The notes below the pieces were generated by a model, which searched no databases, was not told where the DNA came from, and saw only the letters and a list, made by a program, of their open reading frames with translations. A stretch of 64,000 nt of DNA from Lingula anatina (lineage: Eukaryota; Animalia; Brachiopoda), in assembly GCA_051362555.1 (NCBI GenBank), contig CM120644.1, forward strand, positions 11,740,567 to 11,804,566. Direction: 5' to 3'. This document shows, piece after piece, positions 23,313-37,435 of the stretch (position 1 is the stretch's first letter; each line of letters starts with the position of its first letter). The translations under genes and the position numbers were made by a program.

Positions 23313-26300
23313 ATGAGTACGAGGAAGGCAATCAAAGGTAAGCTTACAGATGTTAACGTTAAATGACTTGTGCAAAGTGTCAAAATAGGTACATCTGCCA
23401 AATACATATGTATGTGCCAAAACTGTACGTCTGGTGATAAACAAGGATAAAACGTTTTGTTCTGTTGGTTTTTTCAGCTTTTAAGAAATACATATCTGAG
23501 GCATACCTATATTAGAACCGTACATGTTTTGGCAAGAAGTACATCGTGAAGGCCTACTTGTACCGTCTCAAATCTCCACCTCAAACATTTTGGTGTAGAC
23601 AAATACTTGAATAATTATCCGATCACGATTTATCAATAAATAATAGGTCATTCTCTTAATCCTTTGAATTAACAACTATCTTTTTCAAATTATTTTGAAT
23701 CATTTATTAACAAGAATTACGGAGATTGTGGCACTAGCATTATCAAAATATGTCCATTTTTTAAATTTCCTCGTTGAAATAAACTTTCACCTTTGCAGGT
23801 TTAGAAGAGAGGCTGAAAGACGGAGAGAGCATTATCGTGGCAGAAGGGTATTTGTTTGAGTTCGAGCGAAGGGGTTATTTGCAAGCCGGAGCGTTTGTTC
23901 CAGAAATTGTTCTTGAACATCCGCAGATAGTGAAACAACTCTATGAAGAGTTTGTCCACGCTGGAAGCGACGTAGTGCTTGCCTTCACGGCAAGTAATTT
24001 TTACACTACTACTTAGCTTGTTCTTTTTAATTTCTGTCTTTTTTGCCTAAATTTTTGCAGACTTCCAGTCAAAGATAATCTCCACGCGTTTGAAATCTCC
24101 TACATTAATATTTAAGGTCTTGAAAAGCTTCTTATCATTCCTAATTTAGCACCTCTAAATGAAAGTTTTCTGAAGTTCTTGGGTACCCTCCAAAATGAAT
24201 TGCCATTTACCTTGGACGATTCATTTTGGAGGGTAAATCTCTCGAAGAGCACCTTTGAAGCATATAAATATTATCTTTATCAGTTATTTTGCAATTATAT
24301 GATTCCTATTAAAAGTATATAAATTATTAAATGAATTAAACGAATTGAATTAAACTGATTCCATATATATAGTAGATTTTGAATACATTGTTGATTTAAA
24401 GGGCATCTTTTTACAGTACTATGCTCATCGCCAGAAACTAAAACTGATCGGCAGAGAGGACGACTTGGAGAAGCTAAACCGAAAAGCTCTGAAAATGGCG
24501 CGAGAGGTGGCAGACGAGACAGGAACGCTTATGGCGGCAAGTCTGTCCAAAACAATGGCATTTATCGCCAGGGACAGTGAAGCTATTGCAGAAACCAAAA
24601 AGATGTTCAGGGTATGATGTTATCTGATGGAGCACCCGTGGGATATATTTTGATCAATTCATTTCGTTTCAAAGTACATTTGTATGTCAAAGTTTTTGCA
24701 GACATTCACATTTGCCATCATCATTTGCAAACAGTGATGAGATATCTATACAGATGAAAAGTTCTTTTCCCCAGTATTTTCTACAAGTTGATGAAGAACC
24801 TATCCATGTGTACGTTAATGTCATAGAACAGTGTAGTCCCTCATGGTCACCCCTTACGTCGTGTTAGTCGTTATTTTATGAAAGAAATAAAGTGAATCTA
24901 TCAAGAAACATTTTAAGTACGGATATAGATTGAAAAATACACAAAAATACATAGCAACAAAATTGTTATTTTGACAGGAGCAGGTTCAGTGGGCGTATGA
25001 AGAAGGCGTAGACTTCATGGTCGGGGAGACCCTGTCCGACCTAGAGGAGGCCATGTATGCCTTGGAAGCCATCAAGGAGTTTGGTAAGCTAAAATTACAA
25101 ATTGTGCTTGCTTTGCTCTTAACGCAATGCCCTGACTGTCCTGACATGTTCTGCAAAACTGATTACCCTGGGAAACACAAAACGTTATTATAACGTGACC
25201 GTAACGTTTTAGGTTATGATAACGTTATGGTAACGTTATAGTAACGTTCTTTGCTGGGATAACGCATTTGTCTAATTGTTTATTATATCCTTTCTGGGTA
25301 TTCCATACGGGCCGATATACCGGTATATTGTGATGAAAAAAAAAATATAAATAAATAAAGAAATGAATACATAAAACCTGTGTGATTTTTCTAAAGTCGC
25401 CCCGCGTTTGGATATCACTAAAAACTCACCCTATACTTTCAAACTGTCTTTACCGTCCAATTGAAATTCTTTCTTTCCTGAGTAGAAATAACTAAGATCT
25501 TAGTAATCACTGTTGGGTAAATTGTGATTCAACACTACATTGATGAAATTATGAATTCACAAAATACGTGTTATGTATGCAGCACCCTGATTTTCATAGA
25601 CCTCTTGCAACCGAAATCTCTACTAAAACAGTACATTAAAAATATTTTATCAGCTGGGACCGTCACGGGCATGCTGATATTAGAAAGATAATTTTCCAGT
25701 GGCCTCTGAAACTCGGGAGCATAAAATAAAAATCTGTCGTACCTGTCATGCTATGTGTGTATAAACCTAGGTCTCCCCGCAGTTATAACACTGTCTTCTC
25801 TCGGTGACACTACACGGGATGGTCACCCGTACACGGAGGCATTAAAGAAACTGGAGGACGCTGGGGCGGCCGCTGTTGGTCTGAACTGTATACGTGGACC
25901 AGCCACTATGCTGCCGTTAATGAAGGAAGTTAGGAACGTCTGTAAGGTGGGTGTGGATAAAAGAAGTGATGGAGACTGTGACTAGTTAAAGTAGTTTTAG
26001 AGCACCACAATTACTGACTAACTGTACTCGTATTTTAATCAGATCGGATACAATGATGACAGTCATTACTTAAATGACTGTTGAATTTTTTCATGAACAA
26101 AATGATCGGGCAATTAAATAAATCAAATAAGTTATTTATAATATTGCATATTTTCAACTTTCATGTAAATAATGATTTAAAAATATAAATCTACATACTA
26201 TAATGACCTCTTGTTTTTCTGTATATTATTATAATTATTATTATTATTGATAAACTAGGGCCCGCTGTGTGCATTGCCCGTAGTCTACCGGACATCGCCG

Positions 26301-27141
26301 GACTTGCCGTCCATGCAGTCGTTGACAGGGGTCGGACCAGGTGAGAGAGTGAGAAAGAAATAGAAAATTTGGGTCGGTTTCACAAATTGCTTTTTGACGT
26401 AAAATTGGTCTAAGCTTTAAAAATGAATTCAAATTACTGTTTTTCTTTCTTTTTTTTTTTTTTTGAAACTGTTCTCTCATTTAAAAATGAAATTTTGCTT
26501 TTACTTCAGATTAAGACTTATGTTATGTTGAATTTGTAGCAGTCCACTCAAAAGAAATAGACTTATTATTTTTGTTAAACATATCTCATTTCGGTTTTAA
26601 AAACATAAAATATTTTTTTATGATATGTGATTTGTCTTGTGAAAATGAACCAGAGCCGGTCTATCGCAGTTGTTTTCAGTTAGAGTCTCATACTTACATC
26701 TGCAGTTTTGGTTGACATCTGCAATTTTTAAATTAATTAAATAAACTAAAATGAAATCGAAACAATGGTAATCAATCAACGGGAAAAAGAGCGAGGTCTT
26801 GCGTTTAGGCCTACTCATCACAATACTCGTCAAATAAAAAAAAACTTTTAAAAAATCATTAAAAATACTTAAAATTTTTAGGTGGTAGCAACATCAGATA
26901 CTTCGACCTTCCCGCGTGGCAGTGCAGTCGCACAGAGATCCAAGAGTTCGCCAGAGAGGCCCGTGCCATTGGGATTCAGTACGTGGGTCTCTGCTGCGGT
27001 AACGCCTCACACTACATCCGCGAGGTGGCAGAAACCCTAGGACGCTCTCCCCCTGCCAGCCGCTACTCGCCGGACATGGGGGCGCGTCACGACCCCACCC
27101 TCCTTGCTAACCAGGCCGAGACATCGCTTCGGAAGACGTGA
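23313..27141 (+). CDS. BHMT: Betaine-homocysteine S-methyltransferase-family enzyme, 7 exons
   Basis: Exons 23313-23337, 23799-23989, 24417-24611, 24978-25083, 25771-25946, 26259-26340, 26882-27141. Motifs [37 protein letters not shown]; Zn ligands VGLNC and GLCCG. Confidence 0.9.
25166..25260. mobile_element. Small MITE with internal AACGTT repeats
   Basis: Termini ta-ccctgggaaaca ... tttgctggga-ta with repeated aacgtt. Same family as 52318-52432. Confidence 0.55.
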
Positions 27142-28551
27142 AAATAGTGGTGGTGAATTGTATGTGGTGAAATTCACACCTGCCCTAACTTAATCTTCAA
27201 GAAAATCTGACTGACGTCAACAGGCACGCTGATCTTGAAGGGGTCATACTTGTGATGAAAATCTTGCGTGATGAAAATCTTTGTGTAGTGTTCATGTACA
27301 CATTTTCCTGTTTACGTTCTTCCTTTGGTACTTGCATTAGAAAACACATTTACATATAAAATATACAATAATAAACGATTTGGGTGAATGAATGAAAAAG
27401 CAATAACTCATTGTAATTGTGCTTAGATTTTTATTTTATTTTTTGTTGTTGCCAGGCAGAGTATAGTCAACAAGTCTGCCTTCTTAAAAAAACAATAATA
27501 ATAATAATAATAAACTTGTCAGATGGCACCATATTATTTCGAGTAAAATATAGAAAATCATCTCCAGGTTCAATCTCATCATGTTTTACCATTATACAGT
27601 TTGAGTATATTGCTACTTTATTCCTACTGATAACAAGTGTTATGTGCAGAAACTTAACATTTATACACAAGTTTTTCCATGCTATGCAAAAAAAAAAAAA
27701 AAAAAGTAACTAGTAGTAAAAGACTATTATATCAGTGGGCATACATGTCTATTCTACATCCATATACCAATCTCTTTATCCATCCATTAACATGTTCATA
27801 ACATACTACCAATCTCTTAATTACAACATTTTACAAACTACTGGTATTGGCCAAACATCTCTCTGGCACAGAATACACATTTGTTATATCAGGTAATTAT
27901 AACACTACCCCCATCTGGGATACTGAAGCTCTAATAGTATATTACACACACGTAAATTTTCATAAAATGGCACTGCTTCCAGTTTCTTTTATTTATAAGT
28001 AATGTATTGCAAGGATGTGCTATACTGACTGAACACGTTGGGTGATCTACAGGATATTTTAAAAACATGCAGAAATGTATATAAAAAAATGCTTGTTGTG
28101 ATATGCCTTGCCCACATACAGTAATAATTTTAGTCAATAAAATCCAATGATATGAATAAGCTCCCTTTGCTTCCCTCCCCCACCGAAAAGAACAAAAATC
28201 ATCAGTAATACTTGAAAATGTTGACTCAATTTTTTGAGCAGTTATTTGGCTGTGTCAGGAAGTACATATTTGTAAGTGCCTAAATGAGAAAGTAAAACAT
28301 CAGCAAAAGTGAGACATTTTGAATGTGGAAGGCATCTCCCCCATATCTTAAAGAGGCCTATTTTCACACTAGAATCTCAAATAATCAAAAGAAACCAACT
28401 AGTGCACTATACTATATTTCCATAACTCGTGAAGACATATTTTTATAATATCTCAAAGAAGTCCATTTTCACAGTGGATTTCATCAATACCCCAAAAAGA
28501 AAAAAAAACCTACGAGAATAATTTCACAAAAGATCAAGTCAGATATATCTA

Positions 28552-31500
28552 TCAGGACTGGCCGTCTGCCTGAGCATGCTGCAGCAGCAAGTCATTCACA
28601 TTCAGATGGGCCAAACCCTGCGTGACTTTACTTGTTCTTCTCTCCCTCAACACAGGTGCCCCAGGCTCCAGCAGGGACTCTGAGTGGCCTGGCATAACTA
28701 AAACGGAGTTCGCTCTCCTCTTTGTCGCTGCAACAATGTCAGGAGGCTGCAAACTATGCCTGCGCTGTTCATGTGAACTATGGCGGTTATGTGGATGACT
28801 TGCACCACCACCACTAGGGGGCAGTGCTAAATGGGTCTGGTCCTTAAGATGGTGGTGGTGGTGATGGTGATGGTGGTGGTGGTGAAGTTCTGTAGAAGGT
28901 TCAGGAGGAACAAAATTATCAACATTGTCATTTAGCAAAATTGAACTCGTTGGCAGCACCGCATCTGGCTGCTCGGTTTCTGAGCTTCCATCTCCCATTG
29001 AGGCTCTGGTCTCCGATGGGATCATCTCGGAATGCACGCCCTCTACAGTCCCCTGTTGTGGAGTATGGTCCAAGTTTGCATCTATTTCTTCCTGGTCAGT
29101 GGAAAATGTCACATTTTTGTCCGAATCCTTGGAAAAACTTCTAGGTTTCCACTCCAGTGAGTCTTCTAAGCCGTTATCTCGTGAATCCACAGATTCTATA
29201 TCGTCGTCGTCACTCAACCCACCAGCATAGCTGCCTTTTTCTAATTTGTCTGAAAATATATATAAATTTTGTGTTATTGAATTCTGAAAGATTGCAACAA
29301 ACAAGCAAACACAAATGTATATATGTTTTTAAACCCGTTTTAATTATTACTATTTTTTAAGTTTTTCCATTACTCAAAAACCAGCTTTAAAAAATCATAA
29401 AATAATTCTTACACCATGATAAATCTCTCTTTACATTGTATATGGTACAGCTCTGCAAGATATTCTTTCTAACTTTTAATTTCTTTTCCAAACACGTAAA
29501 CTTAAATAATACAGTACACCAACACCACATCCACTTGTACCGTATATGTGTCATTACCTAAGTTAACTTCCGGCAAGCTAGACTCACTGCTAACACTTTC
29601 AGCCCCCACTCCAGGCTCACGTGGCGGAAGCTTGAACTGCCCAACGCGTGACTTCCGCCGCAGGTGCACTTCCTCTGATATTCTCTCCAAATTCTTGAGA
29701 GCTGCGGAATATTTGTGTTTAGAAGCACTAATGGCTCTCTGGAGGTCCTCCACGTCAATTTTCTGTTGCTGTAAATAGATGATTTGTTGGTGATAATTTT
29801 GTTTAGCGGCTAATTTTGATGGTCAGTTTTGTCCTGGTGGGTGTAAATCTGTGGTCAAATGAGACAACTTCAGAATTGTTCTAAATTAGACAAGAAAATA
29901 AAGTGTGTGTGTGTGTGTGTAACGTGTGTTATGGTGTGAATCTCTTGTCCATGTAAATCACTGGCATGGGATTATGCATTAATAAAAAGTATCTTAAATA
30001 TCATTACTTAATTATTCATACAAATGCTAATTTTAAAAGAAAATCATCATTAACATACACATGCATACATGTATGCAAAGGCACATAATCCCATTTCAAT
30101 TGTACATAGCATGTCACTCCCTGATATACGACATAGTGATGATATATTTATTATTTATCAATTTTAATTATTAAATTATCTAAGGACACCTACCTCAAGC
30201 TGTTTTTCTAAATCCAATTTTACAGCATAATATGGTCTAAAAATAAAATAAAATAAATAAATAAAATGTATTTACTTTTTATTAAGATTAGACAAATTTT
30301 AAAACATAAGACACCTAATATAGATTTCAAAAACTAACAAACATACTGTATAGGGGAAAAGGGATTTAAATACCAAAATAAATTCTATTCCATTTTTTTA
30401 TTCCATTTTCAATTTATGACTTAGTCCTAAATGACAGTTCCTTAAGAACAGCACATCTTCCTGTACATTTTAGAAGAAACTACATCCATCTATGTCTGGT
30501 GCTTTTATTAGAGAAATTTTTAGGTTTTATAGGTCAAAATTGGGAAGGATAATAGCTTTGCTGGATAAGAAGACAGAAAATATAACTTTATAAAATTTTC
30601 AAATGCGTATAGTTTACCTTAATATAACACAACAAAACACAAAATAAAAGAAATAACATAGTCTATTTCACAATTATCAAAATTATCTAGGGCATATATT
30701 TACTCACTTGGAATTACTAATGGCTCTTTTAAACTTCTTCTCCAGTAGCAGCACCTTATGTTGAGCTGCCTCATAGAAGGAAGCCTTTTTGTGGTGCTCC
30801 ATCTCACTCTTCCCTTTCTCCTGCTCGGACTCCATTACCTGCAGATATCATAACCAGAGATAAAAATTATAACTCTCTAAGAAAACCCCAGGTGCATGGA
30901 GCTCTGCCAAATAGAATTTATCTAAGAAATATCAAGAAGATCATAATGATACCAAGGACAAGAAATTAAAGAACACAGACCAATGAAAAAAGGCAATAAT
31001 GTGGAATTTCCTGAAATTCAAATTCAGAAAATGATGACAAAAGTAAAATTCTAGGACAGCATTCCAATTCTACAAGGGTACTAGTACAGTAATTGGCCTT
31101 GGGTCAGCATCAAACATCATACCCCCTTAATTTACTCTGTGCTTACCCGCATGGTGGCATGGTTCAACATTTCTTGCCAGGCAGAGTCGAACTCCCTCTT
31201 CTCGCTGGGATCAGCATCCAGGAGTCTCTGCTCGGCCAGCTGTATGGTTTCCTTGGCTGCTTTATACAGGCTATTAGCTCGCTGGAACTCGCGAGCTGCC
31301 CGGTGGGTCTCTTCTTGGGCCTGAAATTGTCAGGAGTTTTAAATATGTATTTCCTTCTTTTTTTTTATCTCAAAATGCACAAGTGAACATTGCTGATATT
31401 GATCTCTCAATTTCCTGGAGATCATCTGCTTGTCTGCATACAATTTCAGTTACTCATTTTAGTCTACAGATTAAGTCGCTTCTCACAGATAACTGTTTTC

Positions 31501-31613
31501 TAAGTAAATAAATAAACAAATGGACAGATAAATAAATTAAATAACACACTTTGACAATTTAGATAACCTTAGCAGATTAACTTCATTTTTCCTTTCAACA
31601 AAGGTGCTGAAGC

Positions 31614-31646
<33 letters not shown>

Positions 31647-34600
31647 AAAAAAGTGAAAAAAGTGGGTTACCTGCTCTGCCTCTCTTCTTGCATCATAATA
31701 AGGCCGAGCCTTATCTACATTTCTCTTGTACTTCCTGTACAGCTGTGTTAAACGGTGGCCGGACTCATTTAATGTGCTTCGGAAGCGTGCTCGAGCTTCC
31801 TGTAACAAGACATAAATGCTATATAGCAAAGTTTAAAGCCACATAAAGGACACCGAGTTTTAAATGTCACTGGAATTGCTGTCTTATAAACTGATAAGAG
31901 AAGAGAATTTCTGTGACTTATGAAGTCCAGGGTGAAAACCTGAGAGAAAAAATGTAATCAATATAATTCATTAGTACAGAATATGTAATATACTGAACAA
32001 TCAGTCTGAAACAACAATTGTGCCCCTGAGGCAAATGGCAAAGAAATTGTAGCCTAGCCAGTAAAACTGTGTGAAGTTGTTCAGTAACTGGCATGGTTCA
32101 GTGGATACTTTTTCACTGGTGGCTTTTAGGCCCTGCAGGCTTTATTTTTTGGCACACACAAATAAAAGCAACCATGCCAATAATTCTGATGCACATTCCA
32201 TACCTGTGACTGAATCTATTTAATAAATGTATTTATCTTATCTTGTATTTTCACACCTCATCCCCCCTGCCTGCGTTAAACCTCCCTGATAATGAAACGA
32301 CTGACTGTCACATGCTGCAGCACTATGACAGAAATGCACGAATGATGCTGCATGTGATAGTCAGATGAGAGATTCAACGCATATTATAGTATACGCCTAT
32401 ATCTACAACTTTATCTCCAATATAATTTAGTTTGGTTTAGAATAATAATTGGAACTGCTGCCAAGTCAAATGAGCTCTACCCAGAGCTTCACATCTGATG
32501 TGTGTCACCTTTTTAACTGTTAAATCTCCATATCGATAACACTCTTCTCAGTGGGAATATGCTGACAAAATTGTTTTGAAAAAGAGAAGCTGCCCCTCCA
32601 TGTCAACTCTGCAGATCATATAAGTTGTTCAACTTTCAAAACACACAAAAACTGTAAAATTTATGTGTGAAATCATGACTGATATAAGATGTTCAAAATG
32701 TTAAAATTCTGTTCAAGATATTTAAAAATCAACCAGTGACACCCTCCTGCCCATATATACATGTATGTACATGTAGCCGAAATGTAAGGGAAATGAACAA
32801 TGATAAATAATGCAGAGGTGAATAAGCTAATGCCCCGAACATTGTGAATCTAACGCTACTTTAACTAACTAGAAAAGTTAAGCCAAAATTCAATTTCCTG
32901 GCCAACGATCAATATAGCGAGCTGGATATATCTACAAGCATTTCGGTTATTTCTGGTCACAGAATTCAGTGCCCATTATCGAGGTAAGCTTGGCTGGGGC
33001 TAACACAGCATATTTTAGCAAAACTTTGAACATGTTTTTATACAGGTATGAGAAAGGAAAATACATTAAATTTTTTTCATCACAAAATACTTCACCTATA
33101 TTATTTATCATGGAGTGGTTGTTGAACATGATGTATTGCTTATTGTGACCTAATGTCTAAACAGACAGACGGACAGACAAAAGGAGCTATTTATAAATAC
33201 AAATTACATTTACACACACACACACGTGTTCGTGCACACGTGCAAACATGGGTCTACACAAATATACACACTTACAGATACAAGCACACTGAGACAGACA
33301 CACACACGTACAGAAAGACAAACAGGTGCCCACAAAGACCCTCAGTTTTAATCATCCTTGACCAGAATTCCACTCCAGTTCAATATATAGTTATCAAACC
33401 ATAAGGAGAAGTTTTATCATGTCTATGGGCCAGGTAAAGGGGTACAGAGTACAAATTCCATGTTCACTTGAATTCCACTATGAGTCGGCCTCAGTCTACC
33501 TATGAGCACATTTAGGCTTCGTTCACATGCAATGTCTATTTTCTAAATTCTATTTTCTATTCGCGGTATGTCTTATGATCATGCTCTGTGCCCTTAATGT
33601 CCCGCGGCGTGATTACTAGCAGCGCGAGCCAGTTACTATAAGTTACTATAAGTTACTGGCTCGCGCTGCCAGTAATTACGCGGCGGGATATTCAGGGCAC
33701 AGACAGTGATCATAAGACATAGAAAATAGAATTTAGAAAATAGACATTGCATGTGAACGAAGCCTTAGAACAGCCAACTTACAGATCAGGGGATCAAATA
33801 TGGCCTAGCCACTTGAATGCTTGTTGCATAACCCCCGCTGTGTCTACACAACAAGCTTTTTTAGTGGGTTGCCATATCTGTGAATCTGTTAGTCCGCTGT
33901 TCTGGATGCACTGATTTATTGACGTGAATACTGTATCACATTGTGTTATGATTACATTTAATGGTCACATACTAGTACAGTACTGTCACAGAAACAAGAC
34001 TGATGAACATATATGAGTATGCCAGACACCATGGATATGGTTTAAATTAAATTATTCAATTTATAAATTAATTCCTTTAGGTATATATTTGCTCTATCTT
34101 TAAAATGGGTCATCTTATTAAAGAAACAACATTTTTAAAAATAAAAAAAAAGTGGACAGTAAAAATATTGAAACAAAATAATATGTATTTTATTATTTTT
34201 TTCTTCATCTCAAGCAATTCATGTGAAAGGACTTGTCATTACAGCCAACTATTTGTAAAAAAATTAATTAAAAATTAAAAATGCACTGTCACTTACATCA
34301 AGCTCTGTTTCCAGTTTGTTTATTTCATCTGTGGCCGTATTTAACTTCTCCAACTCCTCCTAAAATAAACAAAATCAAGGGTAGAAATAAATAAAATGTT
34401 TTGGATCACTGATTTGCATTGAAAAGAGTTGAGGTTTAGAGAGAGAGAAAGAGAGAGATGAAACCAAAAGTATCAAAAGATACTAGTATTTGTAAAGAGG
34501 GAAGAGGAGGGGGGGAGGGAAAATTGCCAATTTATATCTAGCAACACCTTTCAAGTACATCTTAAAGTGTTTGGCACTGCCATACTTTAACAAACAACTC

Positions 34601-36544
34601 ACACTTAACACACGCACACACATAAACAAATTCCCCTGGTGCTCATCCTTGCAGAGAAAATTATACACCTGCCAACATAACAAGGAAACTAGGATCCAGG
34701 TACTTAAGTCACACAGATAACAGGACAGACTATTATAGTGAAGATATGGTGACTGGCACACACTGTAATATCCAGGGTACTACACTGTGTGGGTTTGTGC
34801 ATGACACTGTATGCCATGGCTGGGGTAGCGCTAGCAATTTTTTTACGCTTAGCCAAATCACCACATTTTTGTCAATTTGTTATCCAAATGACTTTAATTT
34901 GACTAAAATTAGTCAAATCAAGCCCTTTTTGTTTAGCCAATTTAAGTCAGTTTTAGCATTTGGCTAAACTGGCAAGTGTTAGCGCTACCCCAGCATGAGG
35001 CGCACAAGTCCAAAAAACTTGCAATGCAGATTAGACTGTCTCTAAAAAAAAGATCACTCTGGAGGTTAGTAATACAGAGATAACCTTGATAAGAAACATA
35101 AGAAAGAATATCTTATTTATAAGAAATGTAAAATATTAATTAATTTAATAAAAAAAATAACAAAAAAAAAACACAAAATAGAAAATAGAAAAATCTACAA
35201 TGAAATATGAAATACATAAAAAGATAAGGCTAAAATGTACCTGAAAACCCTCACAAACTCTCACTGATAAAATAACAATAAAGTTTATCATAAATGTAAG
35301 TGGGATCAAGTTGGCATATATTCCTAAAAGCAGTGCCAAACAGTTTAAGTTCATATGTACTTCTCCACAAAATATAAACGAAGGCCAAGTAGCCAGCTGG
35401 TAATTTAGAATGAGGGATTTGGGTGTCTTTTTCAGAGAAAAAAAGGGGTCTTTTACCTCTTTAATATTTGACCCAACTTGAAAAATGGCATGGAACCAAG
35501 ATTAAATTTTGATAAAGAACAGACCTTTTTTGTGGTCAAAATGGTAGTTCTTTCCAAACCTTCTCCTCATGCCAACCCCTCTGCCCCCTCCCCTCTTCCA
35601 GAAGACCTGAAGCTTATCATCAATTCTGCATGTGGCTGATGACTGTATATTCCACGTGGGCCACATTGCACGAATGAGGCCACACCACACGAACGATAAC
35701 AATACAGTGTTAGCACTGGCCTCACGCCAAATGCCAGTGAAACTGAAGCCAATGAACCAGGAAAATTGTGTAAAAGTGTTCAATTGTTACCCACTGTATG
35801 AGCACTGGGACAGTTAATTTTTAGATCTTGATGCCTTTAGTATCAATAGGCTTAAACAGTTGTTGGCCAGCTTACTGTACTGTAAGTGTCAATCCAAATC
35901 AACTGAGATCACTGTCAAATATGCCAGTTTGTCTGGGAGAGGGGTGCAATTTAAATGTGAGGCTGGAGCACTCAATTGAGCAAATGATTGTAGGAAAATG
36001 TATTAACAAAACATATACTGACAAACGTATATTGACAAATTGTATGAAAACTTGATCATAAATCACAACAGATGAATTATTGTTGTTATATAGTACATAT
36101 TACGCTGTCAAAACACACAAAAAAATTTATATCATATGGTCCCAGTACTACTAGAAATTAATTATCATTAACTGAACTAGTGACATGCCAGTGCTCACAT
36201 ACAAAGAGGTTGTATTTCGCAACACTTTTGATATATACCAGCAAATGAAGATGGAACTACAATGCCCGAAATTCCATTTCAAGAAAGTTCACTGCATGAA
36301 TACAAATGCAGATACCAGGTTTCAAATAACCCCCTCACAACTCTTATTTCTTGAGTCCGCGATCCGATTCAGGTCACAGACCACGATAATAAACACGCTG
36401 AGGCTGTCAATTTCACCCCACGACAGTTGTACTACACAAAACACATTACAAACACAAATTTTAAAAGCGACAAAATACCTGTATCCTGGGATCTATCGGC
36501 TCTTCTTGCTCGTCACTTTCCGTGCTGCCTTCGAACTCTTCCAT
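28552..36544 (-). CDS. SH3BP5: SH3 domain-binding protein 5 (Sab/parcas, Rab11 GEF) homolog, 8 exons
   Basis: Exons 36544-36479, 34359-34297, 31799-31671, 31320-31147, 30838-30708, 30236-30194, 29768-29558, 29249-28552. Motifs DPRIQEELEKLN, KARPYY, FDSAWQEMLNHAT, YSAALKNLERISEEVH, REPGVGAE. Confidence 0.93.
33515..33764. mobile_element. Near-perfect palindromic MITE, PIF/Harbinger-like
   Basis: Long TIR ggcttcgttcacatgcaatgtctattttctaaattctattttcta; TTA TSD at 33512-33514 and 33765-33767; central (agttactata)n repeat. Lies in an SH3BP5 intron. Confidence 0.85.
34819..34994. mobile_element. MITE-like element
   Basis: TIRs gctggggtagcgcta / tagcgctaccccagc with internal ttagccaaa repeats. Confidence 0.6.
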
Positions 36545-36760
36545 TGTGCACGGCGTCCGTGGCGAAATGAGAGCAAGTGAGAGTGATAAAACGCTGGAAT
36601 GACTGTGCCTGTCACTCAGTCACTCCCCGTTTATGAATCAGCCATATTTGTTTTGCCTTTGAACTCCGACCTTGAGTGTGACCTTCCAGTAAGGAAACTA
36701 GGTCACAACGTCTCGCTGTGGAAGACTGGTACAGATGCTTGCAGGGATTTTGCTAGTAAG
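36545..36760. promoter_or_regulatory. Probable bidirectional promoter between SH3BP5 and ACMSD
   Basis: Head-to-head genes. A candidate ACMSD 5'-UTR donor gtaagt lies at about 36756, only ~210 bp from the SH3BP5 ATG. Clustered nuclear-receptor half-sites at 36654-36705. Confidence 0.45.
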
Positions 36761-37435
36761 TTTTGAACACAATCGGGTGCTTTTCTTTTCATGCCATATT
36801 GTTGAAATGAAGCTTATTTTGCAGGGAATAGTTTGCACTTTTAAATGCGACTAAGAAGACTTCGAAACGTTATTTTTAAGTCTTTGATTAAGTGCACATG
36901 AATGTTGGACACCTGTCTTCACCCCCTGGGGTCTCTACGTTTTCTATTTCGACCAATGAGATAAGCGTGAGAGGTGAACGCCCTCAAGACGTGGGCCATG
37001 CACATATGTGCTTTTATCTCCAGTATCTCTTGGCTTTGCATGACTATCATTGATATGAAATAACAATGACCCGGTTTATGTGGGATGCCATATGTCATAT
37101 TGCGTGATTAAAAAAAAAAAAAAAAACTGGCAACGGTGTCTATCAACGCTACCTGTAATTGCGTCAGGTGTGATTCAGAACGTGTTTTTACCAGTACATG
37201 CATGTACCTGTACCTGCAGTAAATATTTAGAAAATTATTAAGAGTAGAGACATTAAGTTTTTTAGTGCAATTGAAACATATACTGAAGGTTAATTCGGTA
37301 TAAGTACATGCATATCTCAAATGCTTGATAGATTCAACTGGTACATGCATGGTATCAGGTACACTGAAGAAATATTTGACCCATGTGAGTGACCACTGTC
37401 CAGCAGGCTCAATTGACTCAAATGAACAGACCACA

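Noticed and set aside
24184-24236. Short hairpin taccctccaaaatgaat...attcattttggagggta as an ncRNA or miRNA
   Set aside because: More simply a collapsed MITE remnant; no other support from the sequence.
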